Notes: generated by a model from the sequence alone, not told the origin. Positions 39,672-51,201 are shown, numbered from the stretch's first letter. The stretch: 64,000 bases of DNA from an uncultured Candidatus Rokubacteria bacterium (GCA_963826115.1 CAWGVS010000003.1:128001-192000), one strand, 5' to 3'. Made by a program: numbers and translations.

Positions 39672-42338
39672 ATGCCCCCGCTCTCGACGCTGATCGAGCT
39701 CGCCGACCGGCTGGGGGGGTTCACGGACCGGCCGGCCATGGTCGTCTTCGGCGCCCGAGAGCGCCGCGAGTGGAGCTACGGGCACCTGGCCGGAGCCGTG
39801 CGTGAGATGGCGGCGGGGCTCGCCGGCACAGGACTCGAGGCGGGAGCCCGGGCGGCCCTGTTCGCACCGGACGGGCCGGAGTGGATCGTCGCGGCGCTCG
39901 CGATCATCCGGGCGGGCGCCGTGGTGGTTCCCCTGGACGCCCAGCTCACCGACGATCCCCTGGCCCATGCCCTGCTCGACAGTGCGGCGCGTCTCGTGTT
40001 CACCACGTCGGACCGGTCGCAGCGCGTAGCCCGTCTGGCGCCGTCGGCACGCGTCCTCTTGTTGGACGTGCCGGAGGGTCCCGGCAGCTGGCGAGAATTG
40101 CGCGGCTCCGGGGAATCCCTGACCGAGCGCCGGGACACTGATCCCGCCGCCCTCTTCTACACGTCCGGCACGACGGGGCCGCCGAAGGGCGTTCCACTCA
40201 CCCACGGCAACCTCGCCTTTCAGCTCAACACGCTGGCAACCCTCCGGCTCGTGACCACGGGTGACCGAGTCTGCATGCCTCTCCCTATGCACCACGTCTA
40301 TCCCTTCGTGGTGGGCGTGCTCACCCCCCTGGCCCTCGGACTTCCGCTCGTCGTGCCATACGCCCTCACGGGTCCCCAGATCATCCGAGCCCTGAGAGAA
40401 GGCGAAGCCACAGTGCTGGTGGGAGTACCCCGCCTGTACGACGCTCTGCTGTCCGCCATCGAGCTGGAGCTGGCCGGTCGCGGGCGCGTGGTGGCGGTGT
40501 CGGTCCGTTTGGCGCTCGGCCTGTCCATCTGGATGCGTCGGCGACTCGGCCTCGGCGGGGGGGCACGGATGTTCCGCGCCCTTCGGGCCCGGCTCGGCCC
40601 GCAGCTCCGCCTGCTGACGTCGGGCGGCGCCGCGCTGGAGCCGACCGTCGCCCGGAAGCTCGAGGGCCTCGGCTGGAAGGTGGCGAGCGGGTACGGGCTC
40701 ACCGAGACCTCGCCACTGCTCACGATGAACTTGCCGGGGAGCGGTCGCCCGGAGAGCGCGGGGCACCCGATTCCCGGGGTCGAGCTGCGGGTCGCATCGC
40801 CAACGGGCCAAGAACGTGCGGAAGGCGAGATTCAGACACGCGGTCCCGGCGTGTTCGCCGGCTACCTGAACCTGCCCGAGAAGACACGAGACGCGTTCAC
40901 CGCTGACGGCTGGTTCCGAACCGGCGACCTCGGCCGCCTCGACGCGGATGGCTTCCTCCACGTCACGGGTCGCGTGGACGAGATGCTGGTGATGCCCGGG
41001 GGCGAGAACGTCAATCCCGAGAACGTCGAGGCCGCCTTCCTCCGGCACGCCTTGCTTCGCGATTTTGCGGTGCTGCAGCAGAACGGCCGCCTCGTGGGCC
41101 TCGCCCTGCCCGACGTCGCGGCCATCGAGCGCGCGGGCCGCACCGACGTGCTCCAGACGGTACGCGACGCCGTCGGCGAGATCAATCGGGCGCTGCCCTC
41201 GTACCAGCGTGTGAGCCACGTGGCCGTGACGCGGGACCCGCTGCCCCGGACTCGGCTGGGGAAGCTCCAGCGCCGAGGGCTCTCCCATCTCTATGCCGAT
41301 GCCGATACCAGCAGCGGCCAGCCCGGGGGCGGCCCGATCGCAGTCGCCGAGATGGCGGAGGCGGATCGGCTGCTCCTCCAGCACGGTCCGGCAAAGGTAG
41401 TCTGGGAGTGGCTCTCCCAGCGCTATCCAGGACGCCGGCTCACCATGGACGTGAGTCTCGACCTCGACTTGGGCGTGGACTCCTTGGAATGGCTCGGCCT
41501 GACGCTCGAAGTCCAGAGGCGGGCCGGGGTGGAGCTCGACGAAGCGGCGATCTCCCGCGTCGCGACGATCCGTGATCTGCTCCGAGCGGTGGCCGACGCC
41601 CCCCGGGCTGGAGTCAGCGTGTCCGGCCTGCCGTGGGACGAGCCCGAACGGCTCCTGTCACCGGCACAGTCTCGGTGGCTCGCGCCGCTGGGGCCCGTCC
41701 TGACGTTCCTGTCGCGGAGCTTGATGGTCGCGAACGGCGGGCTCATGCGCTTCGTGTTCAGACTCCGGACGGTGGGGCGTGAACACCTCCCGACTGAACC
41801 TTGCGTCTTCGCCCCGAACCACACGAGCTTCCTCGACCCGTTGGTCCTATCGGCCGCCTTGGGACGGCAGTGGCTCGCGCGGAGTTACTGGGGCGGCTGG
41901 ACGGGGGTGGCGTTCGCAAACCCCATCATGCGAGGTGTGAGCCGCCTTTGGCGCGTCCTTCCCGTCGACCAAGAACGAGGCGCCGGATCCAGCCTGGCGC
42001 TCGCGGCCGCGGTCTTGAAGCGAGGCCAGTGCCTGATCTGGTTCCCGGAGGGGGAGCGCTCCACAATGGGGACACTGCTACCCTTCCGCCCGGGTATCGG
42101 GCTTCTGCTCGCGCGGTTTCCGCGCCCGATCGTACCCGTCTTCATCCGGGGAACGTTCGAGGCCTGGCCGCGGGGCCGCTGGTGGATCAGGCCCGGCCCC
42201 GTGACGGTGACGTTCGGGGCCCCGCTCGACCCTCGGCAACTGGTCGGCCCCGGAAGCCCACCGGACGAGGCGGCCCGCCGGATTGCCGAGGCGCTCCACG
42301 TGGCGGTGGCCGATCTGGGGCGCCGAGGGGGGACATGA
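39672..42338 (+). CDS. acyl-CoA/ACP synthetase + ACP + acyltransferase fusion (Aas-like)
   Basis: YTSGTTGPPKG, GYGLTE, TGDLG; ACP motif LGVDSL; acyltransferase NHTSFLD and FPEGER. Confidence 0.9.
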   Translation: MPPLSTLIELADRLGGFTDRPAMVVFGARERREWSYGHLAGAVREMAAGLAGTGLEAGARAALFAPDGPEWIVAALAIIRAGAVVVPLDAQLTDDPLAHALLDSAARLVFTTSDRSQRVARLAPSARVLLLDVPEGPGSWRELRGSGESLTERRDTDPAALFYTSGTTGPPKGVPLTHGNLAFQLNTLATLRLVTTGDRVCMPLPMHHVYPFVVGVLTPLALGLPLVVPYALTGPQIIRALREGEATVLVGVPRLYDALLSAIELELAGRGRVVAVSVRLALGLSIWMRRRLGLGGGARMFRALRARLGPQLRLLTSGGAALEPTVARKLEGLGWKVASGYGLTETSPLLTMNLPGSGRPESAGHPIPGVELRVASPTGQERAEGEIQTRGPGVFAGYLNLPEKTRDAFTADGWFRTGDLGRLDADGFLHVTGRVDEMLVMPGGENVNPENVEAAFLRHALLRDFAVLQQNGRLVGLALPDVAAIERAGRTDVLQTVRDAVGEINRALPSYQRVSHVAVTRDPLPRTRLGKLQRRGLSHLYADADTSSGQPGGGPIAVAEMAEADRLLLQHGPAKVVWEWLSQRYPGRRLTMDVSLDLDLGVDSLEWLGLTLEVQRRAGVELDEAAISRVATIRDLLRAVADAPRAGVSVSGLPWDEPERLLSPAQSRWLAPLGPVLTFLSRSLMVANGGLMRFVFRLRTVGREHLPTEPCVFAPNHTSFLDPLVLSAALGRQWLARSYWGGWTGVAFANPIMRGVSRLWRVLPVDQERGAGSSLALAAAVLKRGQCLIWFPEGERSTMGTLLPFRPGIGLLLARFPRPIVPVFIRGTFEAWPRGRWWIRPGPVTVTFGAPLDPRQLVGPGSPPDEAARRIAEALHVAVADLGRRGGT

Positions 42339-42391
42339 CACGGGAGGGGCGAACTGGTCCGCGATGCCGCGCGGGCCAGACGTCGCGCCGG

Positions 42392-42829
42392 TCAGCCTAG
42401 GTAGAGCTCGGGGGGCAGGCGCTCGCTGTCCGTACCGAGCGCTTCGAGGATGTCATGTTCGGTCACCAGGCCGACCAGCGTCCCGTGGTCCGTCACGGGG
42501 AGGCTTCCGATGCGCCGCTCGAACATCAGGGCGGCAGCCCGGACGACGTCAGCGTCCGGCTCGATCGTCACGACCTTCCACGTCATGATGTCCCGAACCC
42601 GCGGCGCCTTCAGCCACCGCTCCTCCCACGCGAAGTGTCGCGCGAGCGCCGGCAGCAACGCCGAGTGCCGAAGGTCGCGGTCGGTCAGGATCCCGATCAG
42701 CCGGGTCCCCTCGTCGGTCACGAGGAGATGCCTCACCTGACGGCTGCGCATGACCTCCACTGCGCTCCGGGCCGGAGCGTCGGGACGGACCGTCACGAGC
42801 GCCTGCCGCATGATCTCCCGCACTTTCAT
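42392..42829 (-). CDS. CBS domain protein
   Basis: MKVREIM, RHLLV..GILTDRD, GSLPV..GLVTEHD. Confidence 0.9.
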   Translation of the reverse strand: MKVREIMRQALVTVRPDAPARSAVEVMRSRQVRHLLVTDEGTRLIGILTDRDLRHSALLPALARHFAWEERWLKAPRVRDIMTWKVVTIEPDADVVRAAALMFERRIGSLPVTDHGTLVGLVTEHDILEALGTDSERLPPELYLG

Positions 42830-42833
42830 GGCG

Positions 42834-43148
42834 TCACCGCCTGGCCCGACGGGCCACGATCCCCTGCTGCATGAGCCGCTTGGCCTTCTCGAGCTCGGCT
42901 CGCCGGGAGGGCGAAGGCTGCCGGCCGGCTCGATTGATGAAGAAGGACAGCATCCGCAAGCCCGAAACCGGCCCCTTGGGGCTGACCCGCGGGGAGGCGA
43001 GTATGCGTGCGATGAGGGCGACATCCCGGGTGAACAGCCCCGGCGGGGTCGTCGTGGAGCCGGTGGTCACGTCCTTCACCCAGCGCCGAGGAGCTCGCCG
43101 TCGAGTTTGGCCGCGAGGCCTGCCCGGCCGAGATCGCTTCCGGACCAT
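42834..43148 (-). CDS. DUF3175-like small basic protein
   Basis: RRWVKDVT..S..PPGLFT..IAR, RMLSFFINRAG, LEKAKR. Confidence 0.8.
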   Translation of the reverse strand: MVRKRSRPGRPRGQTRRRAPRRWVKDVTTGSTTTPPGLFTRDVALIARILASPRVSPKGPVSGLRMLSFFINRAGRQPSPSRRAELEKAKRLMQQGIVARRARR

Positions 43149-43254
43149 GTTCCATCGCCCCGCTCCGGTGTCCTGCGATCCTCGTGCCGGGGCCAGGCAG
43201 CGCGCCTGGGCGCCGAGGCCCGATGCTCCGGGAGCTCCAGCGCCCTTTCTTCGC

Positions 43255-43291
43255 TGGGGCGAAGCACGCCCGCTGGGGCAGAGCCGCCCCA
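43255..43291. promoter_or_regulatory. candidate tandem UAS
   Basis: TGGGGC-GAAGCA-CGCCCG (43255) and perfect TGGGGC-AGAGCC-GCCCCA (43274), 19 bp apart; 97 and 78 bp before the promoter. Confidence 0.68.
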
Positions 43292-43351
43292 ACTGAGGCG
43301 CCGGGGCGTCGTTGGAGGCTAGCAAGCCCTGCTTCGCGGGGGTTAGCACAG

Positions 43352-43367
43352 TGGCACCATGGATGCA
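43352..43367 (+). promoter_or_regulatory. sigma54 promoter (USP-CBS-tdh-kbl)
   Basis: TGGCAC-CATGG-ATGCA; GG and GC cores intact. Confidence 0.72.
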
Positions 43368-43447
43368 CACGGGAGCGAGACAGGAGTGAACAGGCGTTGC
43401 ACTTCGGGGTGGCGACCGCGTCACCCGTCCAACAAGGAGAGAGCCCG

Positions 43448-43894
43448 ATGAGCACGTTCCGCCGCATCTTGTACGCCTCGGACTTTTCCCCGGCATCGCG
43501 CCCTGCGTTTCGCCGTGCCCTCGACCTCGCGCGGGCGAACCGGGCGCGCCTTACCCTCGTTCACGTCTCTTCAGCCGTGATCCCGTTGATGGGAGAGGGC
43601 TACACTCCCGCGCAGGTCTACGACAAGTGGATTGCCGACGTCCGGGCCGACGCCCAGCGCCGACTCGGGCGGCTCGTGGCCCAGGCCAAGGAGCGCGGGG
43701 TTCGGGCCAAGGGGCTCGTTCTCGAGGGAATTCCCCACGAGCGCATCTTGCGGGCGGCCCGATCGACACGGGCGGATCTCATCGTGCTCGGGACCCACGG
43801 CCGCACCGGTCTCGGTCGGGTGCTCCTGGGAAGCGTCGCGGCGCGTGTCGTCACGCTCGCTCCCTGCCCGGTTCTCACCGTCCGGGCGAGATAG
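43448..43894 (+). CDS. universal stress protein
   Basis: RRILYASDFS, LGTHGRTG..LLGSVA..CPVLTV; AAGGAG RBS. Confidence 0.94.
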   Translation: MSTFRRILYASDFSPASRPAFRRALDLARANRARLTLVHVSSAVIPLMGEGYTPAQVYDKWIADVRADAQRRLGRLVAQAKERGVRAKGLVLEGIPHERILRAARSTRADLIVLGTHGRTGLGRVLLGSVAARVVTLAPCPVLTVRAR

Positions 43895-43967
43895 CTCACC
43901 AAAGCCGCGGATCGAGTCAAGCGACGTCGACCGATCGGCGAAGCTCGTAGGCGCCGGGGAGAACGCC

Positions 43968-44436
43968 ATGCAGGTCAAGGACATCATGACCCGGAATCCG
44001 ATCACGATCGATCCCGAGGCACCGCTCGCCACGGCGATGGCGGTAATGAAGAAGAACGGGATCCGTCACTTGCTGGTGACCGACGACGACCGGCCGTCTG
44101 GTCGGGATCATCACCGACCGGGATCTCCGCAGCGCGGCCTTTGCCCCCGCGCTGATCGAGCATCTCTCCGGCCGTGCCGAGCGCCGCGCGCATGGACTGG
44201 GTCAGGTCCTGGAGGAGCTCCGGGTGCGCGATGCGATGACCTGGGACATCGTGACCACGCATCCCGAGATCGGCCTCGGGCACGCAGCACGCGTACTGTT
44301 CTTCGGGCGCTTCGGGAGTCTTCCGGTCGTGGATGGTACGAAGCTGGTCGGGATCCTCACCGAGCGAGACCTGCTGAAGGCCGTGTCGATCCTGATGCCG
44401 GATCCACCCGTCGATGTCGAGGGCTTCCTCTGGTAG
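43968..44436 (+). pseudogene. CBS domain protein with a +1 frameshift near 44091 (may be a sequencing error)
   Basis: MQVKDIMTRNP...RHLLVTDDD, then GRLVGIITDRDLR...VEGFLW in the next frame. Confidence 0.82.
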
Positions 44437-44602
44437 GCTCCGCGACGAATCGGTGCCCCCGCCGCCGGGGTCCCGCCTCCCCGAGCCTGGCCGCCCTCGG
44501 TGACGGCCCGCGCGGCCGGACTCCCGATGGCGCGACCGGGCACCGGGACGTCGGGCAGGCAATCCGTAACCACGGGTCCCATCGGTCACCCTCGGGGGGC
44601 TC

Positions 44603-45631
44603 GTGATGCCACGCAGACCCATGGCGCTCGTCACCGGGGCGAGCGGCGAGATGGCGCACGGGCTGATCAACCGCTTTGCCGAAGGCGGCATGGTCGATGT
44701 GCTCGCCCTCGACGTGCGGCCGCTCGATCCCGAGCTGGCGCGTCGCTGCGCCGTCAGCCTCACGGGTGACATTCGCGATCGTCACCTCCTCGAGCGCCTC
44801 CGCAGCGAGTTCGAGATCCATGCGATCTACCATCTCGCCGCCATCCTATCCACCCGAGCGGAGTTCGTGCCGGAGACCGCCCACGAGATCAACGTAGGGG
44901 GGACGCTGAATCTGCTGAAGCTGGCCGTCGAGGAGGCGCGCTGGCACGGTCACCGCGTCCGGTTCCTCTTCCCGAGCTCCATCGCCGTCTACGGCTTGCC
45001 GGACGTCGAGACGAAGGAGAAGACCGGGCCGGTCACGGAGAACACCTGGACCCTGCCGATCACCATGTACGGGTGCAACAAGCTCTACGCCGAGCATCTC
45101 GGGCGCTACTATGGCCGGCACTACGGGCAGCTCGCGGCCGAGGAGGAACCGCGCGCCGTCGATTTCCGGGCGATTCGGTTCCCCGGGCTCATCTCGGCCT
45201 TCACGATGCCCAGCGGGGGGACGAGCGACTACGCGCCGGAGATGATCCACGCCGCCGCCCAGGGTCACCCGTATGCGTGCTTCGTTCGCGAGGACACGCG
45301 GATCCCGTTCATGGCGATGCCCGACGCCGTGGACGCGCTTCTGGCGCTCGCCGACGCGCCGGCCGAGCGCCTGGCCAGTCCGGTCTACAACGTGACCGCC
45401 TTCAACCCGAGCGCCGGCGAGCTGGCCGAGCTGGTGCGCGCCGCCTTCCCGGGAGCGGCGATCACCTTCGCGCCTGACCGGCGCCGGCAGCGAATCGTCG
45501 ACTCCTGGCCGGCGGACCTGAACGACAGCCAGGCGCGACAGGACTGGGGATTCCGTCCCAGGTACGATCTCGACCGGGCGCTGCGCGAGTACCTGGTGCC
45601 GAGCATCCGGCGGCGCTACCACGGAGCGTGA
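44603..45631 (+). CDS. NAD-dependent epimerase-family L-threonine 3-dehydrogenase
   Basis: [36 protein letters not shown]; adjacent to kbl. Confidence 0.85.
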   Translation: MMPRRPMALVTGASGEMAHGLINRFAEGGMVDVLALDVRPLDPELARRCAVSLTGDIRDRHLLERLRSEFEIHAIYHLAAILSTRAEFVPETAHEINVGGTLNLLKLAVEEARWHGHRVRFLFPSSIAVYGLPDVETKEKTGPVTENTWTLPITMYGCNKLYAEHLGRYYGRHYGQLAAEEEPRAVDFRAIRFPGLISAFTMPSGGTSDYAPEMIHAAAQGHPYACFVREDTRIPFMAMPDAVDALLALADAPAERLASPVYNVTAFNPSAGELAELVRAAFPGAAITFAPDRRRQRIVDSWPADLNDSQARQDWGFRPRYDLDRALREYLVPSIRRRYHGA

Positions 45632-45632
45632 C

Positions 45633-46817
45633 ATGGACGAGACAGCGCGGCGGCGATTCCAGGTCGAGCTGGACGAGATCGAGGCCGCGGGCCTCACCAA
45701 GCGCGAGCGGGTCATCGACAGCGCTCAGGGAGCGGTCATCTCGGTTGGTGGTCGGTCCGTCCTCAACTTCTGCGCCAACAACTACCTCGGCCTGGCCGAC
45801 GATCCCCACCTCGTCCAGGCCGCTCGGGAGGGATTGGAACGCTGGGGCTTCGGCCTGTCGAGCGTCCGGTTCATCTGCGGCACGCAGGCGATCCACAAGG
45901 AGCTCGAGGCCGCGCTCACGCGGTACCTCGGCACGGAAGACACGATCCTTTACACGTCCTGCTTCGATGCCAACGGGGGGCTGTTCGAGACGCTCCTCGA
46001 CGAGCGGGACGCCGTGATCTCCGATGCCTTGAACCACGCCTCCATCATCGACGGTGTTCGTCTCTGCAAGGCGCAGAGACACCGGTACGCCCACGGTGAC
46101 ATGGACGAGCTCGAGCGGAGGCTCGTGGAGACAGCCGGGGCGCGGACGCGGCTCATCGCGACCGATGGCGTCTTCTCCATGGACGGGGATGTCGCGCCGC
46201 TGCGCGAGATCTGCGCGCTCGCCGGTCGCCATCACGCGCTCGTCATGGTCGACGACAGTCACGCCACCGGCTTCTTCGGGCCGACCGGCCGGGGGACGCC
46301 CGAGCACTGCGGAGTGTCAGGGCAAGTCGACATTGTGACCTCGACCCTCGGCAAGGCTCTTGGCGGTGCCAGCGGGGGCTTCACGACCGGCCGGCGAGAG
46401 ATCATCGCGCTCCTGCGTCAGCGATCGCGGCCCTACCTGTTCTCCAACACCCTCGCCCCGGCGATCGTGTGCGCCTCGCTCGCCTGCCTCGACCTCCTGT
46501 CCCAGACGACAGAGCGCCGCGACCGGCTCGCCGCCAACACTCGCTGGTTCAGGGAGGCGATGACGAGCGCGGGCTTCCGGATCCGCGCCGGAGAGCATCC
46601 GATCGTCCCGATCATGCTGGGCGACGCCCGCCTTGCCGATGCGGTGGCTTCCGACCTCCTCGGCGAGGGAATCTATGCCGTGGGCTTCTGGTACCCGGTG
46701 GTTCCCAAAGACCAGGCCCGGATCCGAGTCCAGATCAGCGCGGCCCACTCACGCGATCACCTCGAGCGCGCCGTCGCGGCGTTCGTCAAGGTGGGCCGTG
46801 TCCACGGCGTCGTCTGA
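45633..46817 (+). CDS. kbl: glycine C-acetyltransferase (2-amino-3-ketobutyrate CoA ligase)
   Basis: [49 protein letters not shown]. Confidence 0.95.
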   Translation: MDETARRRFQVELDEIEAAGLTKRERVIDSAQGAVISVGGRSVLNFCANNYLGLADDPHLVQAAREGLERWGFGLSSVRFICGTQAIHKELEAALTRYLGTEDTILYTSCFDANGGLFETLLDERDAVISDALNHASIIDGVRLCKAQRHRYAHGDMDELERRLVETAGARTRLIATDGVFSMDGDVAPLREICALAGRHHALVMVDDSHATGFFGPTGRGTPEHCGVSGQVDIVTSTLGKALGGASGGFTTGRREIIALLRQRSRPYLFSNTLAPAIVCASLACLDLLSQTTERRDRLAANTRWFREAMTSAGFRIRAGEHPIVPIMLGDARLADAVASDLLGEGIYAVGFWYPVVPKDQARIRVQISAAHSRDHLERAVAAFVKVGRVHGVV

Positions 46818-46921
46818 GGGCTGTGGGTCGTCTCCAGTGAGGCGGTGGCAGGCCACACCGGCGACACGTGAGCGCGCACGACGCCGGGCCGCGCACGGTC
46901 GCCTCGCACCCCGCTCCAAGC

Positions 46922-46937
46922 AGGCACTCGGGATGCG
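46922..46937 (+). promoter_or_regulatory. weaker sigma54-like promoter
   Basis: AGGCAC-TCGGG-ATGCG, about 60 nt before the small ORF at 46996. Confidence 0.4.
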
Positions 46938-46995
46938 CATGCAGTCGGCACAATCGGAACGCTCCACTCGCCCAAGGCGGATCGAGGAGGTATCG

Positions 46996-47088
46996 ATGGT
47001 CGAAGCCATTCAGGATCAATGGGCGATCGTCATCGCCGTGGTCGTGGTCGTCGTCGCCGTGGTCGTCTGGGTCTATGCGCGGCGGTGA
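46996..47088 (+). CDS. 30-aa single-TM small protein
   Basis: GAGGAGG RBS; MVEAIQDQWAIVIAVVVVVVAVVVWVYARR. Confidence 0.7.
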   Translation: MVEAIQDQWAIVIAVVVVVVAVVVWVYARR

Positions 47089-47256
47089 ACCGAGACGCGG
47101 CGCCCGACTCAGGCCGGGCCGCGGACCGGCGGCGTGAAGCCCCCAGTGTGCTGAACGACTTGGAAAGGGCGTCCCCGTTGGCCTGGCTCGCCGAGCCCGG
47201 ACTCGCTCGCGTGGAAGGCCGCGCCACGTGGACCTGGTGACGCCGGCGGCCCGGGC

Positions 47257-47925
47257 GTGACCGGGCGACCGGATCCGGTGACCGCGCCATCGGGAGCGGC
47301 CCCCGGGCGAACGCCCCCGGGCAAGTCCGCCCCGGGGATCGATCGGACGCGGGAGCAGACTCCCGCCTCCGGCGCCGTGAGCCTATGGCTGGACACCTAC
47401 GAGGACATCTTCTCGGACTTCGATCCGCGCCCCTATGGTCAGCGCGCCTTGTCCGAGGACTTCATCGCCGAGGCCAAGCGCGCGGTCCGAGATCGCCGCG
47501 ATGACGTGCCCGAACTGCGCTTCCTGGTGCCGACGCAGGTGCGCGACCACAACGACGAAGCCACCATTCGGAAGCGTCTCCGCGAGCACTTCCGGAGACA
47601 CGCCGATCGGCTCAGACGCGAGCGCCGGCGATCCATCTGGGGGAGCCTCGGCATCGCCGCGGCAGGGTTCGGGGTCATGACGGCGTCGGCGCTGCTCCGA
47701 CGACAGCCGGACACCGTCACCCTGACTGTCCTCCATGTGCTCCTGGAGCCTGCCGGGTGGTTCGCGGTGTGGTTCGGCCTGGATCAGCTCTTCTACGGAA
47801 CCCGGGAGCTCGCCCGCGAGCACGCCTTCTACCGGAAGATGGCCCGCGCCGACGTCGTCTTCTCCGCCTACGCGGACGAGGGACACGGCGAGGTCTCGGC
47901 GACCGAGACGAATCGGACCGAGTAG
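47257..47925 (+). CDS. hypothetical membrane protein
   Basis: LWLDTYEDIFSDFDPRP..RALSEDF, two C-terminal TM helices, EPAGWF. Confidence 0.78.
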   Translation: MTGRPDPVTAPSGAAPGRTPPGKSAPGIDRTREQTPASGAVSLWLDTYEDIFSDFDPRPYGQRALSEDFIAEAKRAVRDRRDDVPELRFLVPTQVRDHNDEATIRKRLREHFRRHADRLRRERRRSIWGSLGIAAAGFGVMTASALLRRQPDTVTLTVLHVLLEPAGWFAVWFGLDQLFYGTRELAREHAFYRKMARADVVFSAYADEGHGEVSATETNRTE

Positions 47926-47949
47926 GTCGCCCCAGGGACGTACTCGATC

Positions 47950-47986
47950 TGGGGCGCCGGTGCCCCGCTGGGGCGACCACAACCCG
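47950..47986. promoter_or_regulatory. candidate tandem UAS
   Basis: TGGGGC-GCCGGT-GCCCCG (47950) and TGGGGC-GACCAC-AACCCG (47969), 19 bp apart. Confidence 0.65.
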
Positions 47987-48071
47987 GTGCCCGTTTCCGC
48001 GGCGACGCGCATCGGCCGGTCTGTGAACGCAGCTCAGCAGCCTGATTCACCTCTCGGGCCCGCCTTGTCCG

Positions 48072-48087
48072 TGGCATCGGCGTTGCA
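48072..48087 (+). promoter_or_regulatory. sigma54 promoter (USP-ppsA)
   Basis: TGGCAT-CGGCG-TTGCA. Confidence 0.82.
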
Positions 48088-48115
48088 CCGTGACCCCAAG
48101 GAGGGGTCAACCGCG

Positions 48116-48562
48116 ATGAAGATCATCCATTCGACCGACTTCTCGGACTGCGCCGAGCAGGCCCGGGGACTGGCGGTGCAGCTGGCCCGCGCCCTGGGCG
48201 CCGAGTTGGTGCTACTCCACGTCGGCGTGGAAGCGCCCCTGTTCCGCGAGGGGCTGATGGGACCGCGCGAGCTGGAACGCATCTTCGAGGAGCAGCGGGA
48301 ATGGGCCACGAAGGCGCTCGAAGAGCGCGCGGCGGAGTGCCGAGGGCAAGGCGTCCCGACACTCGCCCGCGTCGTCACCGGCGTCCCCCACCGTGAGATC
48401 GTGGAAGCCGCCAAGCAGGAGGGCGCAGCCTTCATCGTCATGGGCACGCACGGACGCGGCATCATCGAGCGGTTCCTCCTCGGGAGCGTGGCCGACCGGG
48501 TCGTCCGGACCGCACCGTGCGCCGTGGTGACGAGACGGCCGACGGAAGGAGCCGCCCCCTAG
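48116..48562 (+). CDS. universal stress protein
   Basis: IIHSTDFS, MGTHGRG..FLLGSVADRV; AAGGAGG RBS. Confidence 0.93.
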   Translation: MKIIHSTDFSDCAEQARGLAVQLARALGAELVLLHVGVEAPLFREGLMGPRELERIFEEQREWATKALEERAAECRGQGVPTLARVVTGVPHREIVEAAKQEGAAFIVMGTHGRGIIERFLLGSVADRVVRTAPCAVVTRRPTEGAAP

Positions 48563-48647
48563 TGCGCTGGACGCCGCCGGGTCCCACCGGAATCCTTGCC
48601 GGCGCATCTCGGGTGAGCCAACCCGGCGCCGCGTCGAGGACGATACG

Positions 48648-51123
48648 ATGACGGGGTACGTCGCGTGGTTTCGGGATATCCGCCTCGACGATCTGCCACG
48701 CGTCGGGGGCAAGAACGCCTCGCTCGGCGAGCTCTACGGCGAACTGACCGCCGCGGGCGTCCAAGTACCGAACGGCTTCGCGGTCACCGGCGAGGCGTAC
48801 GCCGCGCTCCTCGACGAGTCCGGACTCCGGAGCCGGGTGACGGCCCTCTTGAAGGACGTGTCGGGCGAGGACGTGACCGTCCTGGCCAAGGCCGGGGCTG
48901 CCCTTCGCCAGCTCATCCTGGAGGCACCGTGGCCAGCCGGACTCGAGCGGCAGATCCGCGACGCCTACGGCGTCCTCGGGAAGGAAGGCGGGCCGGATCC
49001 GAGCGTGGCCGTCCGCTCGAGCGCGACGGCCGAGGATCTCCCCGAGGCGAGCTTCGCCGGACAGCAGGAGACGTACCTCGGCGTGCGAGGCGCCGACGCC
49101 CTCATCGCGGCCTGCCGACGCTGTTTCGCCTCGCTCTTCACCGATCGCGCGATCGTCTACCGAATCCAGCATGGATTCGATCACCTGGACGTCCGCCTCT
49201 CGATCGGCGTCCAGCACATGGTCCGAGCCGACCTCGGCGCCGCCGGCGTCATGTTCACGCTCGACCCGGAGAGCGGCTCCCGGGACGTGGTGGTGATCAA
49301 CAGCGCCTACGGTCTGGGCGAGGCCGTCGTCCAGGGACAGCTCGACCCCGACGAATTCTGGGTCTTCAAGCCGACCCTCCGCTCGGGCCACCAGGCCATT
49401 CTCAAGCGAGCCATCGGCCGGAAGGACTGGAAGCTCGGGCTCGGCGCCGACGGCACACCGGCGCGGGTCGATGTGCCAGCCGAGGCACGTCTCGCGTCCC
49501 AGCCTGACGGATCCGGAGGTACTCGAGCTCGCACGTCTCGGCATGGCGATCGAAGCTCACTACTCGGCGAAGGCGGGACGGCCCACGCCGATGGACATCG
49601 AGTGGGCGCGGGACGGCGCGAACGGTCGCCTCTACATTCTCCAGGCACGCCCCGAGACGGTGCACGGGGCAGAGCGCCGGCCAACGATGCAGGTGTTCTC
49701 TCTGGGGCCAACCGCGGGCTTCGAGCGGCTGGTCTCGGGCAAGGCGATCGGCCAACGCGTGGGTGTCGGGCGCGCCCGCCGCCTCAGGGATCCACGGGAC
49801 CTCGCCCGGCTCGCCCCGGGTGAGGTACTCGTGGCGCCGATGACCGATCCCGATTGGGAGCCGGTCATGAAACGCGCGGCGGCGATCGTCACCGACCGCG
49901 GCGGCCGCACCTGCCATGCCGCCATCGTGAGCCGGGAGCTGGGTGTTCCTTGCGTCGTCGGCACGGGGCGAGGCACGGAGCTCATCCCGGAGGACGAGAT
50001 GATCACCGTGAGCTGCGCCGAGGGCGAGCTCGCCTCCGTCTACCGGGGGGCCGTGCCCTTCGAGCGGCGCACCGTCGATCTCACGAACCTGTCCCCTCGA
50101 GCCACCAAGGTCATGCTGAACGTCGGGAACCCGAGCGAGGCGTTTCGCCTGGGCGTCCTCCCGACCGACGGCGTGGGGTTGGCGCGGATCGAGTTCATCA
50201 TCGCGAGCGTGGTCCGGGTGCACCCTCTCGCCCTGCTCCATCCCGAGATGGTCTCCGAGCCGGAGGCCCGCGCCGCGATCGATGCGCTCACCCGCGGGTA
50301 CGCCGACCTCGCGGAGTACTTCGTCGACCGCCTGGCGGAGGGCGTGGCCGTGATCGCCGCCGCATTCTATCCGCGGGACGTGATCGTCCGTCTCTCCGAC
50401 TTCAAGTCGAACGAGTACGCGGGGCTTCTCGGCGGCAGGGCGTTCGAGCCCGTGGAGGCCAACCCGATGCTGGGCTTCCGGGGCGCGTACCGCTACGCGC
50501 ATCCGCGCTACCGGGAAGGTTTCGCCCTCGAGTGCCGGGCGATGCGGCGAGTGCGCGACGAGATGGGGCTGACCAACGTCAAGCTCATGGTCCCGTTCTG
50601 CCGGACTCCCGAGGAGGGCGAGCAGGTCGTGGCCCTGATGGCCGAGCACGGACTCCGGCAAGGCGACCGGGGGCTCGAGATCTACGTGATGTGCGAGATT
50701 CCATCGAACGTCCTCCAAGCACGCGAGTTCGCTCGGGTCTTCGATGGCTTCTCGATCGGATCGAACGACCTCACCCAGCTCGTCCTGGGCGTCGATCGGG
50801 ATTCCGAGCTCGTGGCGCCGATCTTCGACGAGCGGAATCCCGCCGTGCTGGCGATGGTGGGATCGGTGATCGCGGCGGCGCGAGCGGCCGGCCGGAAGAT
50901 CGGCATCTGCGGCCAGGCTCCCAGCGATTACCCGGAATTCACCCGCTTTCTGGTCGAGCGAGGGATCACGAGCATCTCGCTGAACCCGGACGCGCTGATC
51001 CGAGGGCTCGAGGCGATCGCCGAAGCCGAGCGCGGTACTGCCGCCCCCGCCGGTAGTCTCCCGCCACCTTCCGCGGCGCCGCCTCCGGTGGCCGGGCCCA
51101 CCGCCCAGAGCCAGCCGAGTTGA
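48648..51123 (+). pseudogene. ppsA: phosphoenolpyruvate synthase with a +1 frameshift near 49490
   Basis: VGGKNASLGE and RSSATAEDL in one frame; SLTDPEV, DIEWA, GGRTCHAAI, NPMLGFRG, FSIGSNDLTQ in the next. Confidence 0.9.
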
Positions 51124-51164
51124 TGGGTGAGCCCACCGAAATCCCGCGGTGGCCGCTGCGGGAG

Positions 51165-51201
51165 TGGGACGCCGCCGCCTCACTGGGGTGACGGAGGGAC
51201 G
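51165..51201. promoter_or_regulatory. candidate tandem UAS
   Basis: TGGGAC-GCCGCC-GCCTCA (51165) and TGGGGT half-site (51184), 19 bp apart; 98 and 79 bp before 51263. Confidence 0.55.
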
